64,000 nt of DNA from Lytechinus pictus. Taxonomy: Eukaryota. The position numbers were made by a program, and so were the translations under genes. Each line of letters opens with the position of its first letter. The first letter of the stretch is position 1. Under the pieces are notes generated by a model. That model was not told where the DNA came from. It saw only the letters and a program-made list of their open reading frames with translations, and did not search any database. This document shows positions 1-13,000 of this stretch, in pieces. The stretch covers positions 6,760,001 to 6,824,000 of the forward strand of contig NC_087251.1 in NCBI RefSeq assembly GCF_037042905.1, in the 5' to 3' direction.

Positions 1-406
1 TTAAAAAAAATAGTTTTTTAAAACAATTGTGATATTAATTGATCTGAAAATACCTGAAAATTATTTTCCTAGATACTATTAAAGAGTGAGTAAGATTCAT
101 ATAATTTGATTTTTATTCACTTCAATTCAGTTTGTGTACATGATGGATATTGTGATCATTTCTAATAGCAGGTCCCTGAAACATGAATTGTAATAGGAGT
201 ACACATTGATTATAGAGATATCATTTTAAAGTAACTCATGAAATGGGCAATTGTATGCAGTTTTATTTCCAAAAGTCATTATATAACAAATAAAGGAAAA
301 TGTTACCACAAAATTAGAATGGTAAATCGGTTTGATTGGGTATTTAAGAGCAGTTAACAGAATCACTCAGTTCTTTCATGATGTGTTCATTTGGGAATAT
401 GTAGCC

Positions 407-540
407 CAGAAACATTATGAGCCAAAAATTTTGAAGGGGCCAGATGTGGCATATCAGGCAAAATTTATCAAAAAGTTGCGAGCGAGCAAGCGCAAAGTTT
501 GACATTTTTTATTACAAAAATCCCCCCAAAAAATTGGAAA
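407..540. repeat. Probable truncated DNA-transposon/MITE fragment
   Basis: Short patch retaining CpG (GCGAGCGAGCAAGCGC) in a CpG-poor background, starting with CAG; no partner terminus found. Confidence 0.35.
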
Positions 541-2112
541 ATTGAATATCTATAAATCTTCAGAAGACAGTATCTTCCATGCCTATTTTTCCTTAGTTAT
601 GATGGACAAATCAAGAACCATAACTGAAGACCTGTCCCTTGATATCAAGTTTGAACTGGTATCTAAAAGAAAACAAATATGCATATATTATTTTGATACA
701 GCATCAGATGAAAATAGTTGTTTAATCCAATGAAGAAAGCTTTTTTTATATCCTCCTCATCATAACCCTTTTATGTCATACACATTCAATCTAGTAATCA
801 ATTTTGATAGAAGCACACACTTTTAAGGGATTTACTAAAACTTGAAATAGGATTTAAGATTTCAGTTTCGTTAGTTTGGTATGTAGATTACTGGAAGAGT
901 CTAGCATTCTCTCTCCCTTGCACATTACCCCTCTTTAGAGAAATCCACCTTTTTTCTTGTGTTGTTTCTTTAATGTCCATATTTCATCCAATCTTCTGTT
1001 AAACCCTGACTCTGATAAACGTGCTTCCGACTCCATTCACAACTCTCTGATTCTTCACGCACCATTGTCACCTTTTGTGTACCAGTCGTGCTTTGCCCTG
1101 AGCCGCTTTTCAAACTAAATACATGGCGCCATTTCAGTGTCAAGTTTATCTCCTATTTGTGTTCCAAATGGACCTTGTGAATTGCGTCTAGTTGGAAAAC
1201 AGCCTTGACATTTAGATTGGTCAAAATTTGATTAAATGAAAGGGATTGAGTCTAAAAGAGATAATACTTGATACAGTCAAGGAAAAAAGTAAGATTGTGG
1301 CCTCCCCCATGACACAATTCCTTTCTTCACAACTCAACCACAACAACAACATGAATTTGTATAAATATGGATTTAGCAATGTTTGTTTATATATACATGC
1401 ATTGTTTATTCCTTTTATGGATGTGACATAAGAAAGATTTAAAAAGATTTTGTTGGATTTTTGTTCCTATGAAAGATAAAAAATAGGAGTAGTGGTGGTG
1501 GTGGTGGTCGAGTAGGAGAGGAAGAAGTGCTTGTAGGCCCATCATGCAATCATCAAGAGTATTTTAATGATAATCATACTTTGTACATTGCACTTCACAA
1601 TCTCCTTCAGTTCAAGTTGCCCCTACCTTCCCATTCAAAGATCCTGTGTATGATTACTTTTTGAACTCAAAAGAGTTTGATTTTCTTGGACTTTGGTATT
1701 GTCTGAATGATTGTTTGCTCTATTTCTTCAGATTTGAAAATGAAAAGTCAACATATTTGTTTTCAAGGCCCCATTGTCTGTTTTCACAGATCACATGTTC
1801 ATAGCTTTAGTTTGCTTGTCCATAAAAAAGTATATTATCAATAATATCCTTACTTGATATATTTCACTTCAGCATAGAAATCAACTTTATAGGAAGAAGG
1901 AAACACATGTCTTTGATAACGTATTCAAGTAAAAACTTACTATACAAAAGGAAACTCTGGTATACTATACATGACAGAAACTTTAGTAGCATTTTCCAGC
2001 CATATAGGTTTTTTTATTACTCACAAGTAAGTGAAAATGCACATTTTCCCCATTTCTCTTCAGACTTTTCTAAAATCCCTCATCAAAGTCTGAATGTATA
2101 TTCTATTTTAAA

Positions 2113-2170
2113 GAGAGCGAGAGGAAGTGAGCGAGTGATTGAGAGAGAGTGAGAGAGAGAAAGAGAAAAG
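2113..2170 (+). repeat. Imperfect (GA)n microsatellite
   Basis: gagagcgagagg...gagagagagtgagagagagaaagagaaaag seen directly. Confidence 0.8.
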
Positions 2171-5100
2171 GAGTACCAATTACCTCTCATTCTTTTATAA
2201 ACCACTTTTTTAATTACTTCTAATGATTGAGTGTAACAGAAATTCTGATACGAAACAAAACTTGGTTTCTCACCTTTAAATCTCAATTCACTCCCTATCA
2301 TATTTTATTGTAAAGAGATGAGAAGTGTGAAGATACACTTAAGGTGTGGTTTAAACCAGCCTCATGTTTATCTTGATAGATGGGATGATATACTGTGTAA
2401 ATTGACATTGGTTATATTGAAGAATAAAATTAATAAGATTTAAAGTAGAATCAGGTGTTAGTCACATGGTAGTCATTAAAGACCTATCTTGACGAGTTAA
2501 ATTATTTAAATTTGTGTCAAGAGTTGTAGATTTGCACAGTTTGCATATTTATTATGTATAATATAACGGTATGCTTGATGTAATGTTTCCTTCATGATGA
2601 TCCTACAGTTCTCTTGATTTTTTTAGTCACCTAAGTTTGAGTTGATTTGAATATGGATATCTACATGGTTTGAATCAATGAAATCAAGGAAATTGCTGTC
2701 CACTTTACACTGAAATATCTGTATAAAAACAGATACTTTGACATCATGACTCTTGATGGTTTGTCTGGATTGTTACCTGTGATTCTAACTAATCTTGAAC
2801 ATTTTCTGGTTTGCTGAATAGGTAAGAAATTCTCTTGTTATAGGAATGCAAGTGTTGATGCAATGATTTAGTAACTTGATTGGTTCAAGTGTGAAATAAA
2901 TCTTTCACTTGGTAGCTTTTGAGCCCCTGACTCCTTTAAATCAATTTCAAACATGACCAGAATATCAACGCTTTAATCCAACCTACTTGATTTATTTTGC
3001 ATTGCGACTTTAACTGGCAAACCCAGACAATGCTATAAAACTCCCACAACCATATTTCATCATTTGTTTTGATCTTAACCTCCACGATAGCATGGATGGA
3101 TCGGAAGTTTATTTTCAAATGTTTGCTCACTCCCTTCTTCTTGGCCAATCAGAATGCATACATGCTATGGTGCTATGTTTGTTGCTATGGTTACCAGGTT
3201 CATTGTACATGAAGAGATATGGAATCGTTTAGGGTTGAACGTGAGGTCCTCTTCTAAAACTGTTTATTTTCCTCAGATTGTGGGCCGTATGGGGGAGTGT
3301 TCAAGTAAAATGGATTATTCAGTGCTCTGAAACTCTCTCAGGAAATTTTGACAATTGGATGGGATTATTCAATAAACTCCAGAAGATGGCAAGAACATTC
3401 ATGCTTAATTATCAAGTTTGGGTGGTCTTAATTTCCAGAACCAAACACATTCCCAATAAATATCACATGCCTCTGATTTGTTATTTCATGTTATGACAGG
3501 CTCTTTTCTTAAGGATAGATTATGAAAGCCATTATTAAACTAGTTGGCCTAAATATTTCATTTTTTCCCCCTTATCTATGTCCATCAATAACTGTGCAAA
3601 TAATAGGCATATATTAAAGGCCGTGTAGAATTGTCATATGGTTGTTGCATGGAAGTGTATTTGTTCTCTGGTTGTTGTATTTGTTTACCTCACGATCTCT
3701 TTTTGCTTTAATATGCAGCAATATTTATGTATAAATGAGATATTACTTGATATCACCCTTTAAGACCAGACCTACCAGCAGCCCGTCCAGTCAGCCACTG
3801 TGTTTCCCTCAATCCATGGCAAACAAGTCCAAGGTCAGATAGGGGTCACTACCAGACACTCGGTATCTTGATATGTCCATGGAGACACTTCATGCGTGGT
3901 TCCGTTTCATTCTACTTACCTCTCATTTCATCCATTGTCCTCAATGATTATTGTCCTGTATATTCGTTAACGCACCAAATCCACTTTACCTCTACCCGAA
4001 GTTCAATCAAAGATGAAGAATGAAAAACCCATCTAACAAGTTCAATTCATCTTTTTATCAATTCTGTTTCCCAACCAGGTGATCATGCTTCCCTGCTCCC
4101 ATTTTATGGACCTTTTAGGCCGGGGCATGTAGGTATGGGGGCACGCAAACAGTCGTAATATGCGATTCAAAAGGATTATTCACAAATCATTGCACTAGAT
4201 TGTGTGTGATTGAATCTTATCAATCTAATCACCGAAGGGTATTGTTTGCAGGGTCTGTGTGCATCAAACTGATTGTTCACTCAGGAAATGGAGGTAGAAT
4301 AAACCAAGATACAAGGTTTTGTGTCTTCCAAATCAATATTTTGGAAGTGATTTCCTGCCAGTGAATATGAGAATTATTGACTTTTCAACCTCCCTTAAAG
4401 TTCAAACAATTTAAAATCAATTCTTGGGAATTAGTAATGAATGATTACAATGCACTCAAACTGTATCATATTTTTTCTTTTCATTTGATCTAAGTAGGGC
4501 TTCGCAAAAAGTGAAAGATTAAATGGCTTTCAAACCATGAATTCCATCAAACTGGAAATTAATGACAACATTTTTAAATGTGTTTTTACACCTATTTGAC
4601 TTATTTGGGGCTTCTGAAAGGTCTGTTTTGGAGTGTATAAATGTCTCTAAGTCAAACTATTGTCTCATAATTTAAAGAACAGCTGGTTTCAGACAAAAGA
4701 AAGTGTGATTTAGATTGTTGAGCAAGTTGCAATTCTGCACATTTCTATTCTAAAGGAAAAACAATAAGAGGGATAAGAAGAAGCATGCCTCCTACATGGC
4801 AGCAATTGTCCATTTTATTTTGACGTCATAAGATACGTGCTCGATCTCACTTTTCTCATACCCACATGAATTCCAAACCAGTAATATTCAAGTTCACCAA
4901 GATCAATGCTAACTAAAACCTGAAGAGAGCATTCATGCTGAGTTTACTTTGGGATTCGTCCTTTTGAATCATCTTTCTGTTTGGTTCGTTACCAGAGTTC
5001 AAAATAGAAAGTAGATCATGTTTTCATGCTGAGGAATATAGTGCTTGTTATGGGATCCAGATGATTTTCATATAGATTAAACATCCTTATGAATCTAAAT

Positions 5101-5542
5101 TGATAAGTTTCTTTGGAATTGATTTTAGAACACAGGGAACCAAAATAAGGAAGGGATTCTGGGCATGATTTGTTGTTACTGTCTCTCTGCTGTACCATAG
5201 ATCATTTTGAAGTACTAATCGTAGTTAGAGAAATGGAAGATTTGCATGGGAATGAACAATGTTTTTAATGATTTGGGAACTAGATGAAAGAGTACAAAAG
5301 AGTGAGAGAATTGAAAGACAATGGGAGCAAGGTCAAGAAAGAGAAGAAGACCTGGAGCTTGAAAGAGATGGAGAGGGGATTGGGGAGATAGGGTAAGGGA
5401 TTATTTTTTTTACTGCAAGTATATATGTGCACCCCCTTATACTATAGTATCACAGACTACATCACAGGAGAAGCAATTGTCTATTAAAAATCCTTTTGAT
5501 GTTTTCCTCAAGATTTTTTGATTTCATGAATTCTTTAAATCA

Positions 5543-5797
5543 ATAATTTAGTTATTCGAAATAAATGTATCTGAAACAGAAATACTCCGAAAATTTGTTT
5601 TGCCCAATTGATCGTAGGCCCGGCAGCCACTGTGCAGTGCAGATCAACGTAGCTCTATCCTTTGAATCGTTGAGCGCCAAAAAGGGTAGCAGCAACTCCC
5701 ATCTTTTAACGTCTTTTTAGTTTGACGCGGCTGGGGTTTGAACTCCCGACCTCCCAGTTGTGAGGTGGACGCTCTACCAACTGAGCCAACACACTGG
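5543..5797 (-). mobile_element. tRNA-derived SINE
   Basis: On the minus strand: Pol III A box TGGCTCAGTTGG (5777-5788) and B box GAGTTCAAACC (5735-5745) in a tRNA-like head. The head runs on into a ~180-bp non-tRNA body and an AT-rich tail instead of closing an acceptor stem. The 3' limit is approximate. Confidence 0.85.
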
Positions 5798-5812
5798 TAG
5801 TAAGTTAGTAAC

Positions 5813-6444
5813 TACCTCAAGCGATGTTCGTGCAGGCTCCACTCCACTTCACTACCGCTAAACCATGCTCCACCTACCCGAACATCGAGCCTGTGAACTC
5901 GCTCTGATATTCCAAGTGACAAAGGTGGGATTTTATGGGGGGAAGATATAAAATTCATGCAATATCACGATCTTTAAAAACAATTAAAACTAATATTCTT
6001 ACTTTACACAAAGTTTCACTTCTTTTCCATGCTTCTATCAGTCTGAAAATAGGTGATTTAGAGCCAACATAGAGTTCCTCACACGTACCGTATTAATTAT
6101 TCGCGCTTTCGTTGCCGATTTCAGAACATCGCATTTTGAAATCGGCAGCGAATTATTTATACGTGTGAGGAACTTTATGTTGGCTTTAAATCACCAATTT
6201 TGAGACTGATAGAAGCATGTTAAGGAGGGGAAACTTTGTGTAAAGGAAGAATATTAGTTTTAATTTTTTTTTGAAAGATCGTGATGTTGCATGAATTTTA
6301 TATTTTCCCCCCATAAAATCCCACCTTTTTCACTCGGAATATCAGAGCGAGTTCACGGGCTTGATGTTCGGGTAGGTGGAGCGTAGTGTAGCGGTAGTGA
6401 AGTGGAGTGGAGCCTGCACGAACATCAGAACATTGCTTGAGGTA
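5813..6444. mobile_element. Foldback non-autonomous DNA transposon (~632 bp, almost wholly palindromic), Mutator-like
   Basis: Termini TACCTCAAGC...GCTTGAGGTA. The ~310-bp arms are reverse-complementary to a centre near 6128. Flanks AGTTAGTAAC (5803-5812) and AGTAGTAAC (6445-6453) form a ~9-bp TSD with one indel. Long TIRs plus a 9-bp TSD fit MULE; a TA-TSD reading (5815-6442) is the alternative. Confidence 0.9.
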
Positions 6445-6613
6445 AGTAGTAACAGGAAATGTTGATGTACAGTATATTCAGAATATTACTGATGTGGCAT
6501 CACAATCTGAAAAACATTGGTGATAGAAACAAGTTCATGCACGAGTTACCTTGTGTTGGTATTTAGCATCAATAAGAGAAATAGGTCAACCAACCATGGC
6601 TTGAGAATCTTTA

Positions 6614-7086
6614 GGTGGTTTCAGACCGCCTCGAAGTTCGTCAGTTCCAGGTATTCTCTGATCGGGAAATTTACCCCGATCAGAAAATACCAGGTATTTT
6701 GGTAATGTGAAAGCAAACTACGCGTAATTTCCCCGAAAGAAAATACCCGCTAAATAGTAGGTACTTGGCGAAATTACGAGAACTTTCGCGGGGATTTTCC
6801 AAGGTCGCAGGTATTTTGGCAATGTGAAAGCAATTTACGGGAACTTTAAGCCCAGCGTGTTGTTGGGCGCAGGCACCGTGGGTGGCTGCTGGGCTAGTGG
6901 TTTTGAATCTCGCGCCTTGCCTGCTTATTAGACCATACTGCGCATGCTCCTAACTTCAGGAATTTATCCCGAAGGGTATGTTTTGGGGCGGTGTGAATGC
7001 AGGAATAATTAATGGGTATTTTTTAGCCTAAAAATGTTCTCGTAATTTAACGGGGATTCTTGTGATCGAGGCGGTTTGAAACCGCC
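6614..7086. mobile_element. MITE, probably PIF/Harbinger-type (473 bp)
   Basis: 21-bp TIRs GGTGGTTTCAGACCGCCTCGA / TCGAGGCGGTTTGAAACCGCC (2 mismatches). Flanks are TTA and TAT (a TA or degenerate TWA TSD). It contains an internal repeated subunit CAGGTATTTTGGYAATGTGAAAGCAA and is CpG-rich. Confidence 0.85.
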
Positions 7087-10000
7087 TATAGTAACATGAA
7101 CAGGTTATTTTTATGTGAGGTAATTCAAGCTGGTGTCAGGTTCATTTTGCAGTTGGTAACAACAATTTTCCATGCTCAGTGTGAAAGAATGTAGGGTCTG
7201 TGCAATTGGCTCACATATGATAAATGTTGGTTCACTTACATCTTTTTGTATGCATGAAAACATCTATAGGACTACGTATAAGTTAACATGAAAAGGTGAT
7301 AATCACTTTTAAAAAGGGAACAGATTAATGACTAATTGCAGAGTTGTTACAAGTGGTTTAAATGGCTATTTTTGTAACAGATTAAGCCAGTGATTTCATT
7401 GGGGTTATACTTCTTGAATAAGCATCAGAGGTAGTATGTTTCCAAACTTTTATTACTGTTAGATTTACAGGTGGAATAACTATTTTCTTTTCAATCTTTC
7501 CCAAGTGCATCTTCTGATGACATAATAAAATCATTTTTGTTTTTTAATTAATCCATAGAAAGATCTTTCAGAATATATTGCACATTCACCCATTAATACA
7601 CATTATATCAGTGCAATTTATTTTTCTTAAAGCTCTTTTCATTTACATCAAACCAAAATCTTGAGGGAAAAAATCTGGAAAAGTAATTCCAAGGAGAACT
7701 TTTGTTCTTGACCTGCTAACATACGTATATTCAATCATCTATCTGATAATGACATTACCATAGAACTTGAATTCGATCCTTCCTCACTGGTTTTCAGCGA
7801 TTACTTGATTACTTCCGAGTTTGTTGAAATGACGACCTTTGTGATCATGAAATACTATCCATCCAAACTTCTCAAGATGGTCGTCTTTATTTGATTATCA
7901 TCTGTAAAATTATATGTCCTTAAACCTTGTGTGTGTGCTTCTATTTGATGTAAAAGCATCCTTAAAGTTTTATATCACTTTTTATTAATGATGTTTTAGT
8001 AATGATGATTCTGGCTCCATTGTAGTTCAACAAATTTTCTGCATGTGATTTTAGATGTTCAGGTTTCCCCAGGAGAATTGGTGTTACAATTTTTTTTTTG
8101 CATTTTACATTTATAACTTACTGAAGAGTTTAGGCCTATAGAGACTGCATTTTAATCAAAATGTAGATCTCAATTAAGTTTTTTCATCCAAAAATGTGTT
8201 TAAGTGTACTTAGAATAAAATTTGATCAAAATACGAGTCTAGATTTTATCTTGACCTGATGTATAAAGTTGTGTTTTGTGATAGTGACTTGAGATCAAAT
8301 ATTTAGGCACACTTTACCTCATGATCTATTATACACAATGTACAATGACCTTAGTATATGGGTCATTGCTAAGTTGAAGTCAGAGTGAGCTAAATTGCTG
8401 GTCTCTGGTGAGCTATGAATTATAATAATACCTACTCTCTGGAGAAGACTCTATCTAGGTCTAGCTTTCAAGAGCCCATAAATTGGTACAAACTGATCCC
8501 TGGGTTGAGTTCCATATTTCTCATTTTCTCAGCTTTTAGTAATCTGTCATTGTTTTTCTTTTTCTTCATCTGTTTTAGTATTTCAGCTGTGAATTATGCA
8601 TCTTTCATACCATTCTGATTTAACTCTTAAAACACTTTACTTTTGAAAAGTTAATACTAATAAGCTGTGAATTCTTTAGGGGGTGGGGGTGATATAACAT
8701 TTTGTTAATTGCTGTACATTTTTAAGTTAAGGGATGAAATGAGGACTATCACCTTCATTCTTCCCATTTTTCCTTGAGGATTTTATTTTGGTAAAAAATG
8801 TTTCCAATCCTCTCAGTAATTCTTTGAGCTTGCTTCAGACCAGCTCAGGGTATTGCCTCCAAAGGTTGAAGTCCTGGCAAAAATATTTGAGACAAAGGTG
8901 TCAGAAACTTCTTATCAGGTCAACACACATGGTTTTATACAAGAGTTTCCTTCCTTTCTTTTCAATTGTCATTTGATGTCTCATCCATCAAATATGTTTG
9001 GGGTGATACCCCAGATGGGTTCCTTTCCATAAGAGAAAAGGGATTTGGAACAAGATGAATGATTGGAGGGGTCACCATGGAGATGCTCTCCTGCAGTGGG
9101 TATTTAGATAAAACTCCTCAAAAGAATTATCAAAACCATTGTTCTTTTTGCTGCTTTTACTGCAATTAATTACTTTTTATTGTTTCTATTTTATTGATGA
9201 TTGAATTTCAATCATTTATTTACCAAATGGTTACACTGATGTAGTTTTCTACTTTTTGTTTTGAAAACTGACTTCCAATGCAGCTCCTTGGCTTGGAGTC
9301 ATAGCACCCTCTGGTTGTATTTTGTAGCGTTTTACTTTTCTTTTTTAGATAGCCCTTCTCTCTTGAATAAAGTATAGTCCTGGAATCCTTAGAGAATATA
9401 CCCCCCCCCCCTCCAGTAAAAAAAGGTCAAATTCAAAGTAAAGCTGAACAGACTAGGTATCTGACAGCTGTTTTTATGGAGGGCGGTCACCCATTCTTTG
9501 TCAATGCAAACAGGCCATCCATCAGATAAAACCCTGATAGGTTTCCACTTTTCCCTAGATGATATATAAAATGGTTATGACCCTGCCAAATAGACATCAA
9601 TTTTGCAACTGTTGATGTCCTCACAACTATAAAACCCCTTGTTACAAACTATATATGCCTTAATGATTGAAGCCGTAGTTTTTATTCGGATGAGCCCCCA
9701 GATTCATATATTTTTTTTATTAAAGTTAGGGTCAGGGTAAATGTTTTTTTCTCACCATCCCGACAAATATTTCATATAACCAGAATAACCAGAATATTAC
9801 ATTGTGACAAGTTTATTGGGATAAATACTGTAAGCTGTTGTTTGTTAAAAATCAGGATGGTTCTGAGTCATAGTTTTTATTATTGATTTGACCAAATTGC
9901 TCACAATATTACTACCAGAAGAATAACAGAGAAAAATGACATTTGAAATTTGAACGAAAAGCCTATATTAGAGAAATTGTAGCAGTTAACTGTGAAACTA

Positions 10001-13000
10001 GAGTCTTTGTTTATTAATAGTTGAAAAGTATCATAATGTTGACTATGTACACGATGGTAGACATATTATACCTTAATACCTCAGTGTTTACCACTTGAAT
10101 TCAGCAACTTTTGTATTTTTGTTCAAGAATTAAAGAATATAATAATTGCCTGAATGTTAGAAGGTTATACCAAAGCATCCAACCAACCAGAGGACTGGAG
10201 GACCTGGCATAAAGCCACAAATGCATAGCACGCCAAGTGAGAATTGAACACAAGTTACCAAATTTCAATAGCACCACATTACCACTGAGATAATAATTGA
10301 TTTGTGAGAATATGCAATATCAAAGATGACAGGGGAAGTGGATCCACAAAATTGATATTTGAATGTATGCAATAATTGTGATGCATTGGGAGTAAATTAT
10401 CAGGATTAAGATCATTCGGTTGACCATGATTATCAATAATCATATTCAAATTCTTTTTTATTATAGAAGCCATGGAAAACTATTCCCGTTAACTTCCCTA
10501 GTCATTTTGACTCTACTGTATGGGAAGTTCTCATAATTGTTTCCCATATGGAGGGAATAGATGTGAAATCCGTTGTGAGAGTCTTTGATCCATGTCCGCT
10601 TATAATCTCATTTACCATAGATTATCAACCATTGTAGCAAATATAGAGATTATCAACAAGTGTTAGTCTGAATTTCATACTTTCATAGGTTCATGCACCT
10701 TGTGACAGACATAAGGTAGTATGTCCAGTCATTGAACTTGAAAGGAAAAAAAAATAGTATAGACCATACATTTTGTGTTCATTTCCAGCCTGTGTCTGCC
10801 TTCCAATAATAGGATTATAGATTTTTATATTTTGAAAGAGAGTGATGACCTCAATGTTGGTCTGCATTAATCATATTTGATTATCTTTCTAAATTGTATA
10901 ATATTAATATTATAGGAGATAAGACCATTGAGCTCTTGGTCACTCTTTGCCCTCCCAGCAACCTTTTGTTTTATCCCTCAAAGGGCACCGACCAAAACAG
11001 GGAACTCAAGATTTACAAGTTAAGGTGTCTGTGAAAGGTCAATCACAATGCAGTAATCTTCATGGAAAAAAGGTTTGGAAATTATCGCATTTTTTTTTCT
11101 TATCAGTTTGAACTTTCACCTGTTAATATTCAGGATTTTTTATGTAAACTTGTTCACTTGCTATGTCATGTCATGGTCATTGGATTTATTGGACTACATG
11201 TGAAGGTTGTAGGCTTACACAGTTAGGAGTCAAATGATTTTAAGAGGATGGGGTTCCTTTTTGTATTCTCATAACACACATTCACAGACATATATACACA
11301 CAAAAAAAAGTTGATATAGGCCTTTATAGAGTGAAAAAGCAGTTCCTCAACCCCCCCCCCCCCTGAAGAGAAAGTTACAGAGCCATTTCAAGACCCCTAC
11401 ACACATCCTGACTCATCTCCAATACAAATTCTCATAGCAGCTAGTGGACATGAAGCAATTTGAATTATAGTGCTACTCATAAAAAAAAACAATTAGGCCT
11501 ACTCCGGGATATTTATCATTACATTTGCCAACATATTAAATAGTTCTGGTAGGTCCTTTTTCATGATTTTTAAAATAAATTTCTCATGTCTTTCTGAATT
11601 GTGATATTACTTTGAAAAAGAGTTATTTATTACTGATTATATCATGAAAAGGGAATTGAAAGAAGGATGAAGTTTCGTTGTAAACTTTTTTAAATAATTG
11701 TACATATTGAAGATAAGAATAAAATGTTTTTTTTAAGGAGAAGGTTTGAATAATTTATTGCACATGATGCTGTCTTCACACATGTCATCCAATGAAAAAG
11801 TCTTTTATAAAGAGATATGAGGAAATCAATAAAAGCTGTCAGAAGTACCCATGAATGATGATCAGATGCTTGATTTATAAGGTGTGGACAGTTCATGGTC
11901 ACCCCACCCTCATTCCCCATGTGACTTGAAGTTCAAAGGTCGCTCATAACATTGTCATGGAAGAGTGACAGAGAGTCAAGGTTTTGGGGAGGGTATAGAG
12001 ACAGCTGAATAAGTGCCTTCAAGATGGCACCATTCATATGGACCTGTTTCACATCCTTGATTTGTGATGTCAGCATTTTACTTGGTTGTCACCATATTAT
12101 GCACTCAATGATTGAAGTTGTATGTTAGAACTTGTTATTTTTGGTAACTTAAGGTATTGTATCAAATATGTAGGCATATTATTCATTTAAAAGTTGTTTT
12201 TTCTGAATAAACATTGAAGTAATTTTTTTCATTATACATGCATTGGATCATTGTGACATTTTGTTTATTAACATTTTATGTAATCTTCATTAGATGTTAA
12301 GCAATTAACAATCCAATTTTCAAAGATATTTTTTTGTTTCATTTGCAGTGAAGTCGTTTATACTTCATGCTTGGTTATTATCCCTTGCAGTTCAGATTGT
12401 TGATGTTTATTATTTTTGTAAAATTCATATTGCTTTTGATGTGACTTTGACATCAAAGTGGTTTGAAATTGATTCAAAATACCAACATAGAAGATGATTG
12501 GTGTGAGATATTACTTCTTTATTAACCTGACTACAGTATCTGAGAAGATGTAATGTGCTCATTTGTAGCCGAGAGGGGAATATCATGTTATATATATGCA
12601 CTTGATGTTTCATGGTCTGTTCTATATATTTCTTCTTTGTAAACAGGATCTTACAAACATCCAGACTGGATCTCATCTCAGATCCCTAGGGCCTGGTACT
12701 TGAGTGCTCTTTTAGGAGCAATTAGAATATTTGATGTGGTGTCCTTTCTATATATCACCGCTATTAAGGAGATAGATTTCACCCCTCATGGGGCAGGTTT
12801 GATCAAAGTATTTGAAAATTGGATGCGAATGAAGAGGAGTTTTTAAGTTCACATCATAATGTGACTGCAATTCTTAGGAAGAATATATTTCTTTGAAGAG
12901 AGACATAGATGTATTTCTCATGAACTTTGGGGATGTCATTTGATATCATTGATCAGATATAAGTTTTCTGAGTCTCTTCCAAAAAGCCGGCAAAATGAAA

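Noticed and set aside
5725..5797. tRNA gene on the minus strand
   Set aside because: A and B boxes are present, but there is no closed acceptor stem or immediate terminator, and it continues into a SINE body.
9401..9411. Isolated poly-C run (one of a dozen or more poly-C/G runs) as a G-quadruplex regulatory element
   Set aside because: Common homopolymer microsatellites with no positional or functional evidence.
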